From Thiohalophilus sp. (GTDB lineage: Bacteria > Pseudomonadota > Gammaproteobacteria > UBA6429 > Thiohalophilaceae): a DNA stretch of 24,000 nucleotides. The stretch is from assembly GCF_034522235.1 (NCBI RefSeq), contig NZ_JAXHLN010000002.1:162896-186895 (forward strand), given 5' to 3'. Shown here piece by piece: positions 16,159 through 24,000 of this stretch. Both the position numbers and the translations under genes were made by a program. The notes beneath the pieces were generated by a model, which was not told the origin of the DNA, made no database searches, and worked only from the letters and a program-made list of their open reading frames with translations. Every line of letters starts with the position of its first letter. Positions within the stretch are counted from its first letter, which is position 1.

Positions 16159-16210
16159 GGGTCAGGTCTTGCCTTTTGACTTTCAGAAGTCAAAAGACAT
16201 GACCTGACCC
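16159..16210. repeat. 52-nt palindrome GGGTCAGGTC...GACCTGACCC
   Basis: Outer 10-bp arms plus inner CTTTTGACTT/AAGTCAAAAG arms. Confidence 0.95.
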
Positions 16211-16246
16211 CGTTGGGCGCTAGTTTAATGTAATAGGATAAGAGTA

Positions 16247-17131
16247 ATGGCTAGGAAGATTTCGTCTTCACAGATTCGCACCAAGCTTAGGCAGCAGCAA
16301 AACAAGCAAAGGCAGGCTGTAAATAAGTACAACCAAGCCGTGCGGAAGCACAATCAAAACGTTCGTCGCGCTGTCAATAATTATAATAATGAAGTAAGAA
16401 GGTATAACGCCCGAGTTCGGGCATATCGCCAAAAAATGATTACTGAGTTAAATAAATTTAGTTCTCGCACAACTATACGATATGAAGTGTTACGAACATC
16501 AACCCTTTCTCTTAATAGTACATACCAAAATCTTGAAGCGAAAGAGCGTGATTTTGAAAATTATGAATTTGGTAATGAGTTTCTTGATCTATCAGAGAAA
16601 GAGAATGCTAATAGCCTTGCCGTTTCGAATGCTTTAGAGAATGACGACCAAGAGAATTCGGATTTTAATGAAGATGGACTTTCGAATACTACTATTACTA
16701 TCGAACTTATTCAGATATCTGACGATCTTGATAATCGCTGGAAGGGGGCTCTATTTTCCCTGAGCCCAAGAAATCCTGATGCATCACGACATTTTTGCAC
16801 AAGTGCAAGAGAAATATTTATTCAAATTCTCAATCATCATGCTCCGGATAGTGTGGTTCTTGCACGTTTTCCAGAATGCGATAAAACTGAAAATGGTGCT
16901 CCAACGAGAAGATGGAAAATTAAGTACATTTTAGTAAATGCTGGAATTGTAAGCGATGAAGCTGTGGATTTTGTCGATGAAGATATGAAGAATGTTCTTC
17001 AGCTCTTTCGTGTTTTCAATGATGGGACACATGGCGAGGTTGGAAAATACGAGTTTGAAAAATTAGTTGCAATTAAAGAAAGAGTTGAAAGTGGAATTTT
17101 ATACCTTTCAAAAATTAGCAATTATGCATGA
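16247..17131 (+). CDS. Arg/Asn/Tyr-rich coiled N-terminus plus C-terminal domain possibly related to predicted pPIWI-associating nucleases
   Basis: RQQQNKQRQAVNKYNQAVRKHNQNVRRAVNNYNNEVRRYNARVRAYRQ; C-terminal WKGALFSLSPRNPDASRHFCTSAREIFIQIL. Domain name from memory only. Confidence 0.6.
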   Translation: MARKISSSQIRTKLRQQQNKQRQAVNKYNQAVRKHNQNVRRAVNNYNNEVRRYNARVRAYRQKMITELNKFSSRTTIRYEVLRTSTLSLNSTYQNLEAKERDFENYEFGNEFLDLSEKENANSLAVSNALENDDQENSDFNEDGLSNTTITIELIQISDDLDNRWKGALFSLSPRNPDASRHFCTSAREIFIQILNHHAPDSVVLARFPECDKTENGAPTRRWKIKYILVNAGIVSDEAVDFVDEDMKNVLQLFRVFNDGTHGEVGKYEFEKLVAIKERVESGILYLSKISNYA

Positions 17132-17174
17132 TAGGGAATGGTGTCGGAGGGATTTAATTTTAACCAGTTTCATT

Positions 17175-17238
17175 CAGTGCTCAACGGGAGAGTTGTGGGA
17201 ATAAAAATAATATCCGCATCGCCACGGATGGCTTTTAT
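17175..17238 (+). repeat. Structured repeat R3
   Basis: CAGTGCTCAACGGGAGAGTTGTGGGAATAAAAATAATATCCGCATCGCCACGGATGGCTTTTAT. Confidence 0.9.
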
Positions 17239-17295
17239 TAACTAAGATAATACAGACAAAGACTATTTCTAATAAATGAATATTAAGTATTTATT

Positions 17296-18624
17296 GAGAC
17301 TGTAAATTAAATTGTGTAACTGCTCAAAGTCCCATACCCTTGATAATAAAGGAGAAGACACATGAGCAGAAGAACAAAAACCAAAACCGATCTCGACCCG
17401 CAGCTTGAAGAACTGGTCAAGGCAGTCAAAACGCCAGAACAGCTTGCCGCATTGACCCAGCAGCTTCAGCAAAAAGCCTTTGAGGCCATGCTCGAAGGCG
17501 AGATGACTGACCATCTCGGCTATCCCAAGCACGCCACAGCCGGCCACAACACCGGCAACAGCCGTAACGGGTATAGCGCCAAAACCCTCAAAGGCGAACA
17601 GGGCGCACTGACCCTCGATGTGCCTCGAGACCGTAACGGCGAGTTTGAGCCGCTCATTATTCCCAAGGGGCAGACGCGTCTGCCGATGTTCAACGATAAA
17701 ATCCTGGCGCTCTACAGTCGGGGCATGAGTACCCGCGATATCGTTGCCATGCTACTAGAGCTCTACGGCGTCGAGGTTTCCCCTACGCTCATCTCCCAGG
17801 TCACCGCGCAGGTGATTGAGGAAGTGCAGCAGTGGCAGTGCCGACCGCTGGACGAGATCTATCCCATCGTCTATCTGGACTGCATCCACATCAAGATCCG
17901 CCAGGACAAGCGGGTCAGCAACAAGGCCATCTATCTGGCGCTGGGTATCAACCTGGACGGCCAGAAAGAACTGCTGGGGCTCTGGCTCAATGAGAACGAG
18001 GGGGCTAAGTTCTGGTTGTCCGTGTTGACCGAACTCCAGCAGCGGGGTGTCCGGGATATCTTTATCGCCGCCGTGGACGGTCTGACCGGCTTCCCCGAGG
18101 CGATCAATACCGTCTACCCCAAAACAAAAATCCAGCTGTGTATCGTCCACATGGTGCGCAACTCGCTGAAGTTCGTGGCCTGGAAACAGCGCAAGGCGGT
18201 CGCCGCGGATTTGAAAAAGATCTACACCTCCCTGACGGTGGCCGAAGCCGAGCAGGAGCTCGACGCCTTTGCGGCTCGCTGGGATGATCAGTTCCCGTCG
18301 ATCAGTGCCAGCTGGCGGCGACACTGGCCCAACCTGATTACCCTGTTCGACTATCCGGATGACATCCGTCGGGTGATCTACACGACCAACGCCATCGAAT
18401 CACTGAACAGCGTGATCCGCAAGGCGGTCAAAAATCGCAAGGTTTTCCCTAACGATGAATCCGCCCTCAAGGTCGTCTACCTGGCCATCCAGGCGGCATC
18501 GAAAAAATGGACCATGCCCATTCACCATTGGAAGAACGCGCTCAATCGCTTTATGATTGAATTCCCGGACAGAATGCCGGAGCAGTTCTAAGCGGGCAGT
18601 TACACAGAATTATTTACAGTCTCT
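17296..18624 (+). mobile_element. Intact IS256-family insertion sequence
   Basis: Terminal IRs GAGACTGTAAATTAAATTGTGTAACTGC / GCAGTTACACAGAATTATTTACAGTCTC; 8-bp TSD TATTTATT at 17288-17295 and 18625-18632. Confidence 0.95.
17362..18591 (+). CDS. IS256-family (mutator-type) transposase
   Basis: 409 aa, YLDCIHIKIRQD, AAVDGLTGFPEAI, QLCIVHMVRNSLKFV, IYTTNAIESLNSVIRKAVKNRKVFP. Confidence 0.97.
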   Translation: MSRRTKTKTDLDPQLEELVKAVKTPEQLAALTQQLQQKAFEAMLEGEMTDHLGYPKHATAGHNTGNSRNGYSAKTLKGEQGALTLDVPRDRNGEFEPLIIPKGQTRLPMFNDKILALYSRGMSTRDIVAMLLELYGVEVSPTLISQVTAQVIEEVQQWQCRPLDEIYPIVYLDCIHIKIRQDKRVSNKAIYLALGINLDGQKELLGLWLNENEGAKFWLSVLTELQQRGVRDIFIAAVDGLTGFPEAINTVYPKTKIQLCIVHMVRNSLKFVAWKQRKAVAADLKKIYTSLTVAEAEQELDAFAARWDDQFPSISASWRRHWPNLITLFDYPDDIRRVIYTTNAIESLNSVIRKAVKNRKVFPNDESALKVVYLAIQAASKKWTMPIHHWKNALNRFMIEFPDRMPEQF

Positions 18625-18668
18625 ATTTATTTTCATTCGATCCTCATAAAAGCTTCCTGAAGCTCCCT

Positions 18669-19463
18669 GTGCTGTGGGTTACCATTATAAGTTTCATACT
18701 ATTGTCATTGTGTTTTGCAGTAATAATAACGATCAATAGTGACTTAACATTAAGATTCGATTATCAAGGCTTTAATAATTTTGTTTCTATATACAAGGTC
18801 CCATTAGGTATGGCAGCATTAATTATACCTATTGTTGCCTTGTTGGCGGCTAACCATAGATCAGAGCAAACTAAGGCGCAAATACTATCAAATAATCAGC
18901 AAAATATATTTTCAAATTATTATAAGCATATAGAAGAATTCGAGAAATATATTGAAACAAACATTGATCAAACAGAGATGTTAATCGAAAAGAAAAGGAG
19001 TTGCCATAGGCGAATATATCCGAAGGCATCGAAAGGCGACTTCTCTGTTGACGAGGAACTAGCCGCAAAAGTTGAAACTAATTCTAATGAAATATATGAA
19101 TTTATCGAATATTTTCATAAGGGACATCGCAAGATGTCGCACGATACTATAGTGGATATAGAGTTAAATTTAAGAGAAATAGAAAGAAATCTATCAATGA
19201 GATGGTCACCTAAAAACGTTAATACGGTTACATTAAATAATGTGACTGTTAGGGCACAGAAAAATAGCTTGAAGCACTATTTTCGAAATATAAAGAATCG
19301 CTCTCATGCAATTCTGGATGTCCTGGAATTTGATCAGTATTTTGAGGTTCCCAAGAGTTTGAGGTTTATTGCAAGAGGAAATTATTCTGAGGTTCCAGAT
19401 GTTGAGATTAAAGAAAATGGTAGCTATCCAGCATTTGAGTTTATCAAAGATTATAAAGGATGA
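18669..19463 (+). CDS. Two-TM protein with long helical cytoplasmic region
   Basis: LWVTIISFILLSLCFAVIITINS and YKVPLGMAALIIPIVALLAANHRSEQTKAQI hydrophobic segments, then helical tail. Confidence 0.75.
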   Translation: MLWVTIISFILLSLCFAVIITINSDLTLRFDYQGFNNFVSIYKVPLGMAALIIPIVALLAANHRSEQTKAQILSNNQQNIFSNYYKHIEEFEKYIETNIDQTEMLIEKKRSCHRRIYPKASKGDFSVDEELAAKVETNSNEIYEFIEYFHKGHRKMSHDTIVDIELNLREIERNLSMRWSPKNVNTVTLNNVTVRAQKNSLKHYFRNIKNRSHAILDVLEFDQYFEVPKSLRFIARGNYSEVPDVEIKENGSYPAFEFIKDYKG

Positions 19464-19474
19464 GTTCCACATGT

Positions 19475-19508
19475 CGGGGTCGGATCAAGGTAAGGTCTTG
19501 ATTTAGTG
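19475..19508 (+). repeat. Direct repeat copy 1, CGGGGTCGGATCAAGGTAAGGTCTTGATTTAGTG
   Basis: 32/34 identity with 19533-19566. Confidence 0.95.
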
Positions 19509-19532
19509 AGAAAGTTCCTGGCTTAATTATGG

Positions 19533-19566
19533 CGGGGTCGGACCAAGGTAAGGTATTGATTTAGTG
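19533..19566 (+). repeat. Direct repeat copy 2, CGGGGTCGGACCAAGGTAAGGTATTGATTTAGTG
   Basis: 32/34 identity with 19475-19508. Confidence 0.95.
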
Positions 19567-19666
19567 GAAAACTCCTCGGGTTTTTCGCCTTTATAAAGGC
19601 TTAGAGGCCCCATTTTTGGGTTAAAAATGCCTGTTTAATGAAAATGCCGGAGAACATCGTTTTTAT

Positions 19667-19730
19667 CAGTGCTCAACGGGAGAGTTGCGGTAACAAAAAC
19701 AAGAATCCGCACGTGCCAGGGACGGTTTTA
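19667..19730 (+). repeat. Structured repeat R4
   Basis: CAGTGCTCAACGGGAGAGTTGCGGTAACAAAAACAAGAATCCGCACGTGCCAGGGACGGTTTTA. Confidence 0.9.
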
Positions 19731-19748
19731 ATTTTGTGATACAGCGGG

Positions 19749-20324
19749 GTGTTTGACATGCTGTTATTGAAACGGGGAAAGATGATGCGCGTTGTGCTGG
19801 CGCTGCTGGTGGGGTCGTTCGCCGGTGCTGGTGTTGCGGCGCAGGGGTTTATCGACAAGGCCGGGGCGCGGATGCCGGTTGTCGATTCGCTGGCGGTGGT
19901 GGATGAGCGGCTGGACAAGTTGATCATTTATCTGTTGCCGACGCGCCTGAGCGATGATGAGAAGCGCCGGATCGGCCGTGGGAGTGCGTTGATGGTGTTG
20001 ATGAACAAGGGCAGCCCGGACTCTCGCAAGTGGGACGGGTATCCCTATGCCACGCTGGAGTTGCAGTACCGCGGAGCGGGTTTTGCGTCGGATCAGGATT
20101 TGTACAGCTACGCGCTCATGATCCAGGGTATTCACCAGCAGAATCGGGCAAGTACGCTCAACGGCCATTTTGCCGAACAGGCGCGCTTGCAGGGGTACCG
20201 TTTTGACGGGGAACGCATCCGGTTTCGTTTCACCGGCCGGCGCGAACTGGTCGAGACGCGCTGGGAGCTGGATATCAACGCACCAATTATTGAGAGCGGG
20301 GATGCTGAATCCGGTGCTCGCTGA
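19749..20324 (+). CDS. Hypothetical exported protein
   Basis: MMRVVLALLVGSFAGAGVAAQG signal-like N-terminus; true start probably 19782 or nearby. Confidence 0.7.
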   Translation: MFDMLLLKRGKMMRVVLALLVGSFAGAGVAAQGFIDKAGARMPVVDSLAVVDERLDKLIIYLLPTRLSDDEKRRIGRGSALMVLMNKGSPDSRKWDGYPYATLELQYRGAGFASDQDLYSYALMIQGIHQQNRASTLNGHFAEQARLQGYRFDGERIRFRFTGRRELVETRWELDINAPIIESGDAESGAR

Positions 20325-20368
20325 CAAGATACAGGTTTGAAGTAAAAACGGGAATTTAACTCGTTCAT

Positions 20369-20432
20369 CAGTGCTCAACGGGAGAGTTGCGGGAATAATA
20401 AAAACAGCCGCATGGCCAGGGAAGGCTCTATT
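20369..20432 (+). repeat. Structured repeat R5
   Basis: CAGTGCTCAACGGGAGAGTTGCGGGAATAATAAAAACAGCCGCATGGCCAGGGAAGGCTCTATT. Confidence 0.9.
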
Positions 20433-20483
20433 TTTAAACGGGTGCGCCGGCCATGGCGCATCCGGCAAGTTGTCAGGTGAGGT

Positions 20484-20714
20484 ATGCCAAAACACGAATC
20501 CAAACAGTGCGCGCGGTGTCAGACCGTTTTTGAATGCAAATCCGGCTCGATCATGCTTTGCCAGTGCCAGACGGTGGTGCTGAGTAGCGAGCAGCTGGAG
20601 TATATCTCCGAGCAGTACGAGGATTGTCTGTGCAGCCGCTGTCTGCTGGAAGTGCGGTCGGAATACAACGAACTGCAGCACGCGCGCAAGATCCGCGCGT
20701 TGAGCAAGTCTTAA
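20484..20714 (+). CDS. Cysteine-rich CWC-like protein
   Basis: CARCQTVFECKSGSIMLCQCQTV...CLCSRCL. Confidence 0.75.
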   Translation: MPKHESKQCARCQTVFECKSGSIMLCQCQTVVLSSEQLEYISEQYEDCLCSRCLLEVRSEYNELQHARKIRALSKS

Positions 20715-20718
20715 CACC

Positions 20719-21525
20719 ATGCCGGGCAAATTGCCGCAGCGGATCGTCTGCCTGACCGAAGAGCCGACGGAGATCCTGTATCGGCTGGGCGAGCAGGGGC
20801 GGATCGTGGGGATTTCGGGGTTTACGGTGCGCCCGCCCGAGGCGCGCAAGGAAAAGCCGAAGGTCGCGGCGTTTACCACGGCGAAGCTGGACAAGATCCT
20901 GGCGCTGGAACCGGATCTGGTGGTGGGCTTTTCCGATCTGCAGGCGGACATTGCCGCCGGACTGATCCGCGAGGGCGTGCAGGTGCTGATCACCAACCAG
21001 CGGTCGGTGGATGAAATCCTGGATAACATCCTGTTACTGGGCAACCTGGTCGGTGCCGCAAACAAGGCACAGGCGTTGGTTGCGGAATTGAACGCCAATA
21101 TCGAGCAGGCCCGGGAACAGGCCGCCACGTTGTCGCGTCGCCCGCGGGTCTATTTCGAGGAGTGGGACGATCCGATGATCTCGGGCATCCGCTGGGTGTC
21201 GGAGTTGATCGGTATCGCCGGCGGCGAGGACGTTTGTGCCGATCGGGCGCAGCATCCCGATGCGAAGCGGCGCATCATCGCCGATGCCAATGAGGTCATC
21301 GAACGGGCCCCGGAGATCATCATTGGCTCCTGGTGCGGCAAGAAGTTTCAGCCGGCCACGGTGGCTGAACGCCCCGGCTGGGATCGGATCCCGGCGGTGC
21401 GGGACAACCGGTTATATGAAATCAAATCCCCCCTGATATTACAGCCGGGTCCGGCGGCGTTGAGTGATGGCCTGGCGCAGCTGGTGGCGATCATTCAGCA
21501 GCGGGACGCGCATTCAGTCGTCTGA
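20719..21525 (+). CDS. Cobalamin/heme-type ABC transporter substrate-binding protein (BtuF-like)
   Basis: RIVCLTEEPTEILYRLG...VVGISGFTV...LALEPDLVVGFSD...; periplasmic binding protein pattern. Confidence 0.85.
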   Translation: MPGKLPQRIVCLTEEPTEILYRLGEQGRIVGISGFTVRPPEARKEKPKVAAFTTAKLDKILALEPDLVVGFSDLQADIAAGLIREGVQVLITNQRSVDEILDNILLLGNLVGAANKAQALVAELNANIEQAREQAATLSRRPRVYFEEWDDPMISGIRWVSELIGIAGGEDVCADRAQHPDAKRRIIADANEVIERAPEIIIGSWCGKKFQPATVAERPGWDRIPAVRDNRLYEIKSPLILQPGPAALSDGLAQLVAIIQQRDAHSVV

Positions 21526-21640
21526 CCCGGATCCGTCGCGTTGCTGCTTGAGCCGGGCGACGGAGAAGTGCATTAACGCAGGCTGGATCAAGCACCGCGG
21601 TTCCACCTGAAACCTGGCGCCGGAATAACTGCAAGCAGGC

Positions 21641-23995
21641 TCAACCCGCCTGCCAGTGCCAGTCCCGAACTTCCGGTTTGTCCATGCCGTATTCATGCGC
21701 GTAATTGCGGCAGTCGATCTGCATATCGCGCAGTTTCTCCTTGATGTGGGCGCCGGCGACCAGCAGGCCGGGTACCCGGTTGATGACGTCGATGGCGAGG
21801 CTGAAGCGATCGATTTCGTTCTGGATTGCCAGCTCCAGCGGCGTGTTGATGTTGCCCTTCTCCTTGTAACCGCGCACATGCAGGTTGTGGTGATTGGTCC
21901 GCCGATAGGCCAGGCGGTGAATCAACCAGGGATAGCCATGAAAGTTAAAGATGATGGGTTTGTTGACGGTAAACAGACTGTCGAAATCCCGGTCGTCCAG
22001 GCCGTGCGGGTGTTCCCTGGCCGAGGACAGGGTGTACAGATCCACCACGTTGATAAACCGGATCTTGAGTTTGGGGAAATTTTCGCGCAGTAACATCACC
22101 GCGGCCAGGGCTTCCTGGGTGGGGACATCGCCACAGCCGGCCATGACGACATCCGGTTCGTCGCCCTGATCGTTACTGGCCCAGTCCCAGATTCCAATGC
22201 CCTTGGTGCAGTGCCTGATTGCTGTCTCCATATCCAGGTACTGCGGGTGCTTCTGTTTGTCGCAGACAATGACATTGACGTCATTGGTGCTGCGCAGGCA
22301 GTGATCGGCCACCGATAACAGGGTATTCACATCGGGCGGCAGGTAGATGCGGGTGACGCTGGGACTCTTGTTGACCACGAGATCCAGAAAACCGGGATCC
22401 TGGTGAGTAAAACCATTATGGTCCTGACGCCAGACCGTGGAGGTGATCAGCAGATTCAGCGAGGAGACCGGCGCCCGCCACGGAATGTCTTCGGCAATAT
22501 CCAGCCACTTGGCGTGCTGGTTGAACATGGAATCGATGACATGCACAAATGCCTCGTAGGTGGAGAAAAAGCCGTGCCGCCCGGTGAGCAGATAACCTTC
22601 CAGCCAGCCTTCCAGGGTGTGTTCGGAGAGCAGCTCCATGACCCGGCCGTCCGGCGAGAGTTCGCCGCCGTCCGCGTCCTCGGGCAGATACTCCGCCAGC
22701 CAGGTTTTGCCGCTGGCCTCGTAGACGGCATTAAGTTTGTTGGAACTGGTTTCGTCCGGCCCGAAAACCCGGAAGTTGGCGGGATTACTACGCAGGATAT
22801 CGCGCAGGAACTCGCCGAGCGGCCGGGTATTCTCGACGTCAGTTTGCCCCGGTTTGTCCACTTTGGTCGCGTAGTGGCGAAAATCCGGCAGACGCAACGC
22901 CTTGCGTAACAGGCCGCCGTTGGCATGCGGGTTGGCGCTCATGCGGCGCAGTCCCTTTGGTGCCAGCTGCCGCAATTCGTCGATGAGCTGGCCCCGTTCG
23001 TCGAACAGCTCGTCGGGTCGATAGCTGCGCAACCACTCTTCCAGCAGTTTCAATTGCTTGCGGTTGTTGCGCACGTCACCCAGCGGGACCTGGTGGGCGC
23101 GCCAGAACCCCTCCACCTTGTGACCGTCTACTGATTTGGGGCCGGTCCAGCCCTTGGGACTGCGTAACACGATCATCGGCCAGTGAGGCCGTGTCGGTTC
23201 GCCGCTGCGCCGGGCTTCTGCCTGGATACGTTGTATTTCCAGGACACATTGCTCGAGGGTTTGCGCCATGTGCTGGTGCATATAGACGGGGTCGTCTCCC
23301 TCGACGAAGAATGGCTGCCAGCCGTAGCCTTCCAGCAGCTTGCGCAGTTCCTCGCGGGGGATGCGCGAGAGGACGGTGGGGTTGTTGATCTTGTAGCCGT
23401 TGAGATTGAGGATGGGTAATACCGCCCCATCGCGGATGGGATTGAGAAACTTGTTGGCATGCCAGGCGGTGGCCAGCGGTCCGGTTTCAGCTTCCCCGTC
23501 GCCGATCATCACGTTGACCAGCAGATCCGGGTTGTCGAACGCCGCGCCAAAGGCGTGGGACAGGCTGTAACCCAGCTCCCCGCCTTCATGAATGGAGCCG
23601 GGGGTTTCCGGTGTACAGTGACTGCCGATCCCGCCGGGAAAGGAGAATTCCTTGAAGAACCGTCGCAGGCCCTCTTCGTCCTCACTCTTGTTGGGATAGA
23701 TCTCGGAATAGGTCCCCTCGAGATAGACCGGCCCCAGCACTCCGGGCGCCCCATGCCCGGGACCGGCAAGAAAGATGGCGTTCAGATCATACTTGTTGAT
23801 AAGCCGGTTAAGGTGCACATAGGTGAAACTCAATGCGGGACTGGCGCCCCAGTGACCGAGCAGGCGCTCCTTGATATGGGCGGGCTTCAGCGGCCGGCGC
23901 AACAACGGATTGTCGCGCAGATAGATCATGCCGGCCGCCAGGTAATTGCAGGCCCGCCAGTAGGCGTGTATCCGCTCCAGTTCCTGATCGCTCAA
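21641..23995 (-). CDS. xfp: Phosphoketolase (xylulose-5-phosphate/fructose-6-phosphate phosphoketolase); true start may lie just beyond the window
   Basis: [99 protein letters not shown]; starts at TTG near the window edge. Confidence 0.96.
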   Translation of the reverse strand: MSDQELERIHAYWRACNYLAAGMIYLRDNPLLRRPLKPAHIKERLLGHWGASPALSFTYVHLNRLINKYDLNAIFLAGPGHGAPGVLGPVYLEGTYSEIYPNKSEDEEGLRRFFKEFSFPGGIGSHCTPETPGSIHEGGELGYSLSHAFGAAFDNPDLLVNVMIGDGEAETGPLATAWHANKFLNPIRDGAVLPILNLNGYKINNPTVLSRIPREELRKLLEGYGWQPFFVEGDDPVYMHQHMAQTLEQCVLEIQRIQAEARRSGEPTRPHWPMIVLRSPKGWTGPKSVDGHKVEGFWRAHQVPLGDVRNNRKQLKLLEEWLRSYRPDELFDERGQLIDELRQLAPKGLRRMSANPHANGGLLRKALRLPDFRHYATKVDKPGQTDVENTRPLGEFLRDILRSNPANFRVFGPDETSSNKLNAVYEASGKTWLAEYLPEDADGGELSPDGRVMELLSEHTLEGWLEGYLLTGRHGFFSTYEAFVHVIDSMFNQHAKWLDIAEDIPWRAPVSSLNLLITSTVWRQDHNGFTHQDPGFLDLVVNKSPSVTRIYLPPDVNTLLSVADHCLRSTNDVNVIVCDKQKHPQYLDMETAIRHCTKGIGIWDWASNDQGDEPDVVMAGCGDVPTQEALAAVMLLRENFPKLKIRFINVVDLYTLSSAREHPHGLDDRDFDSLFTVNKPIIFNFHGYPWLIHRLAYRRTNHHNLHVRGYKEKGNINTPLELAIQNEIDRFSLAIDVINRVPGLLVAGAHIKEKLRDMQIDCRNYAHEYGMDKPEVRDWHWQAG

Positions 23996-24000
23996 AATGA

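Noticed and set aside
17755-18324. 189-aa ORF antisense to the transposase
   Set aside because: Fully inside the IS256 transposase gene, which has strong family motifs.
15660-20432. Repeats R1-R5 considered as attC sites or a CRISPR array
   Set aside because: CTCAAC...GTTG boxes are only ~10 bp apart with no attC-like arms, and spacing is gene-sized and irregular with no uniform short spacers.
19764-21128. 454-aa minus-strand ORF
   Set aside because: Antisense to two credible plus-strand genes, crosses repeat R5 and has no recognisable motif; a shadow ORF of GC-rich DNA.
22456-22926. 156-aa minus-strand ORF (with 22403-22909 + and several others in 21.6-24 kb)
   Set aside because: Overlaps the clearly coding phosphoketolase frame; low-complexity Arg/Pro/Ser composition.

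Overview
The window divides into three zones. (1) 1-12.9 kb: a cassette array. About 16 compact, mostly hypothetical ORFs all lie on the minus strand, separated by attC-like sites (RYYYAAC ... GTTRRRY with complementary inner arms). I mark 14 complete or near-complete sites and 2 truncated half-sites. No complete integron integrase is visible, so this looks like an intI-distant part of a chromosomal integron or a CALIN. The array also carries a minimal plus-strand tyrosine recombinase with two decayed relatives, a group II intron remnant, a short integrase-like fragment, and several accessory genes (Lit/HExxH-like peptidase, DUF5677-like, Trypco1-like, periplasmic ClpP-like, DUF2188-like, HNH-like). 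(2) 12.9-20.4 kb: plus-strand accessory genes (Phd/YefM-like antitoxin, Mrr-like nuclease, Arg/Asn-rich coiled-coil protein, an intact IS256-family element with an 8-bp TSD, a two-TM protein). A ~65-nt structured repeat occurs five times here, each time directly 3' of a gene. (3) 20.4-24 kb: more ordinary genes (cysteine-rich CWC-like protein, cobalamin-type periplasmic binding protein, phosphoketolase). All assignments come from reading motifs by eye; no database search was run.
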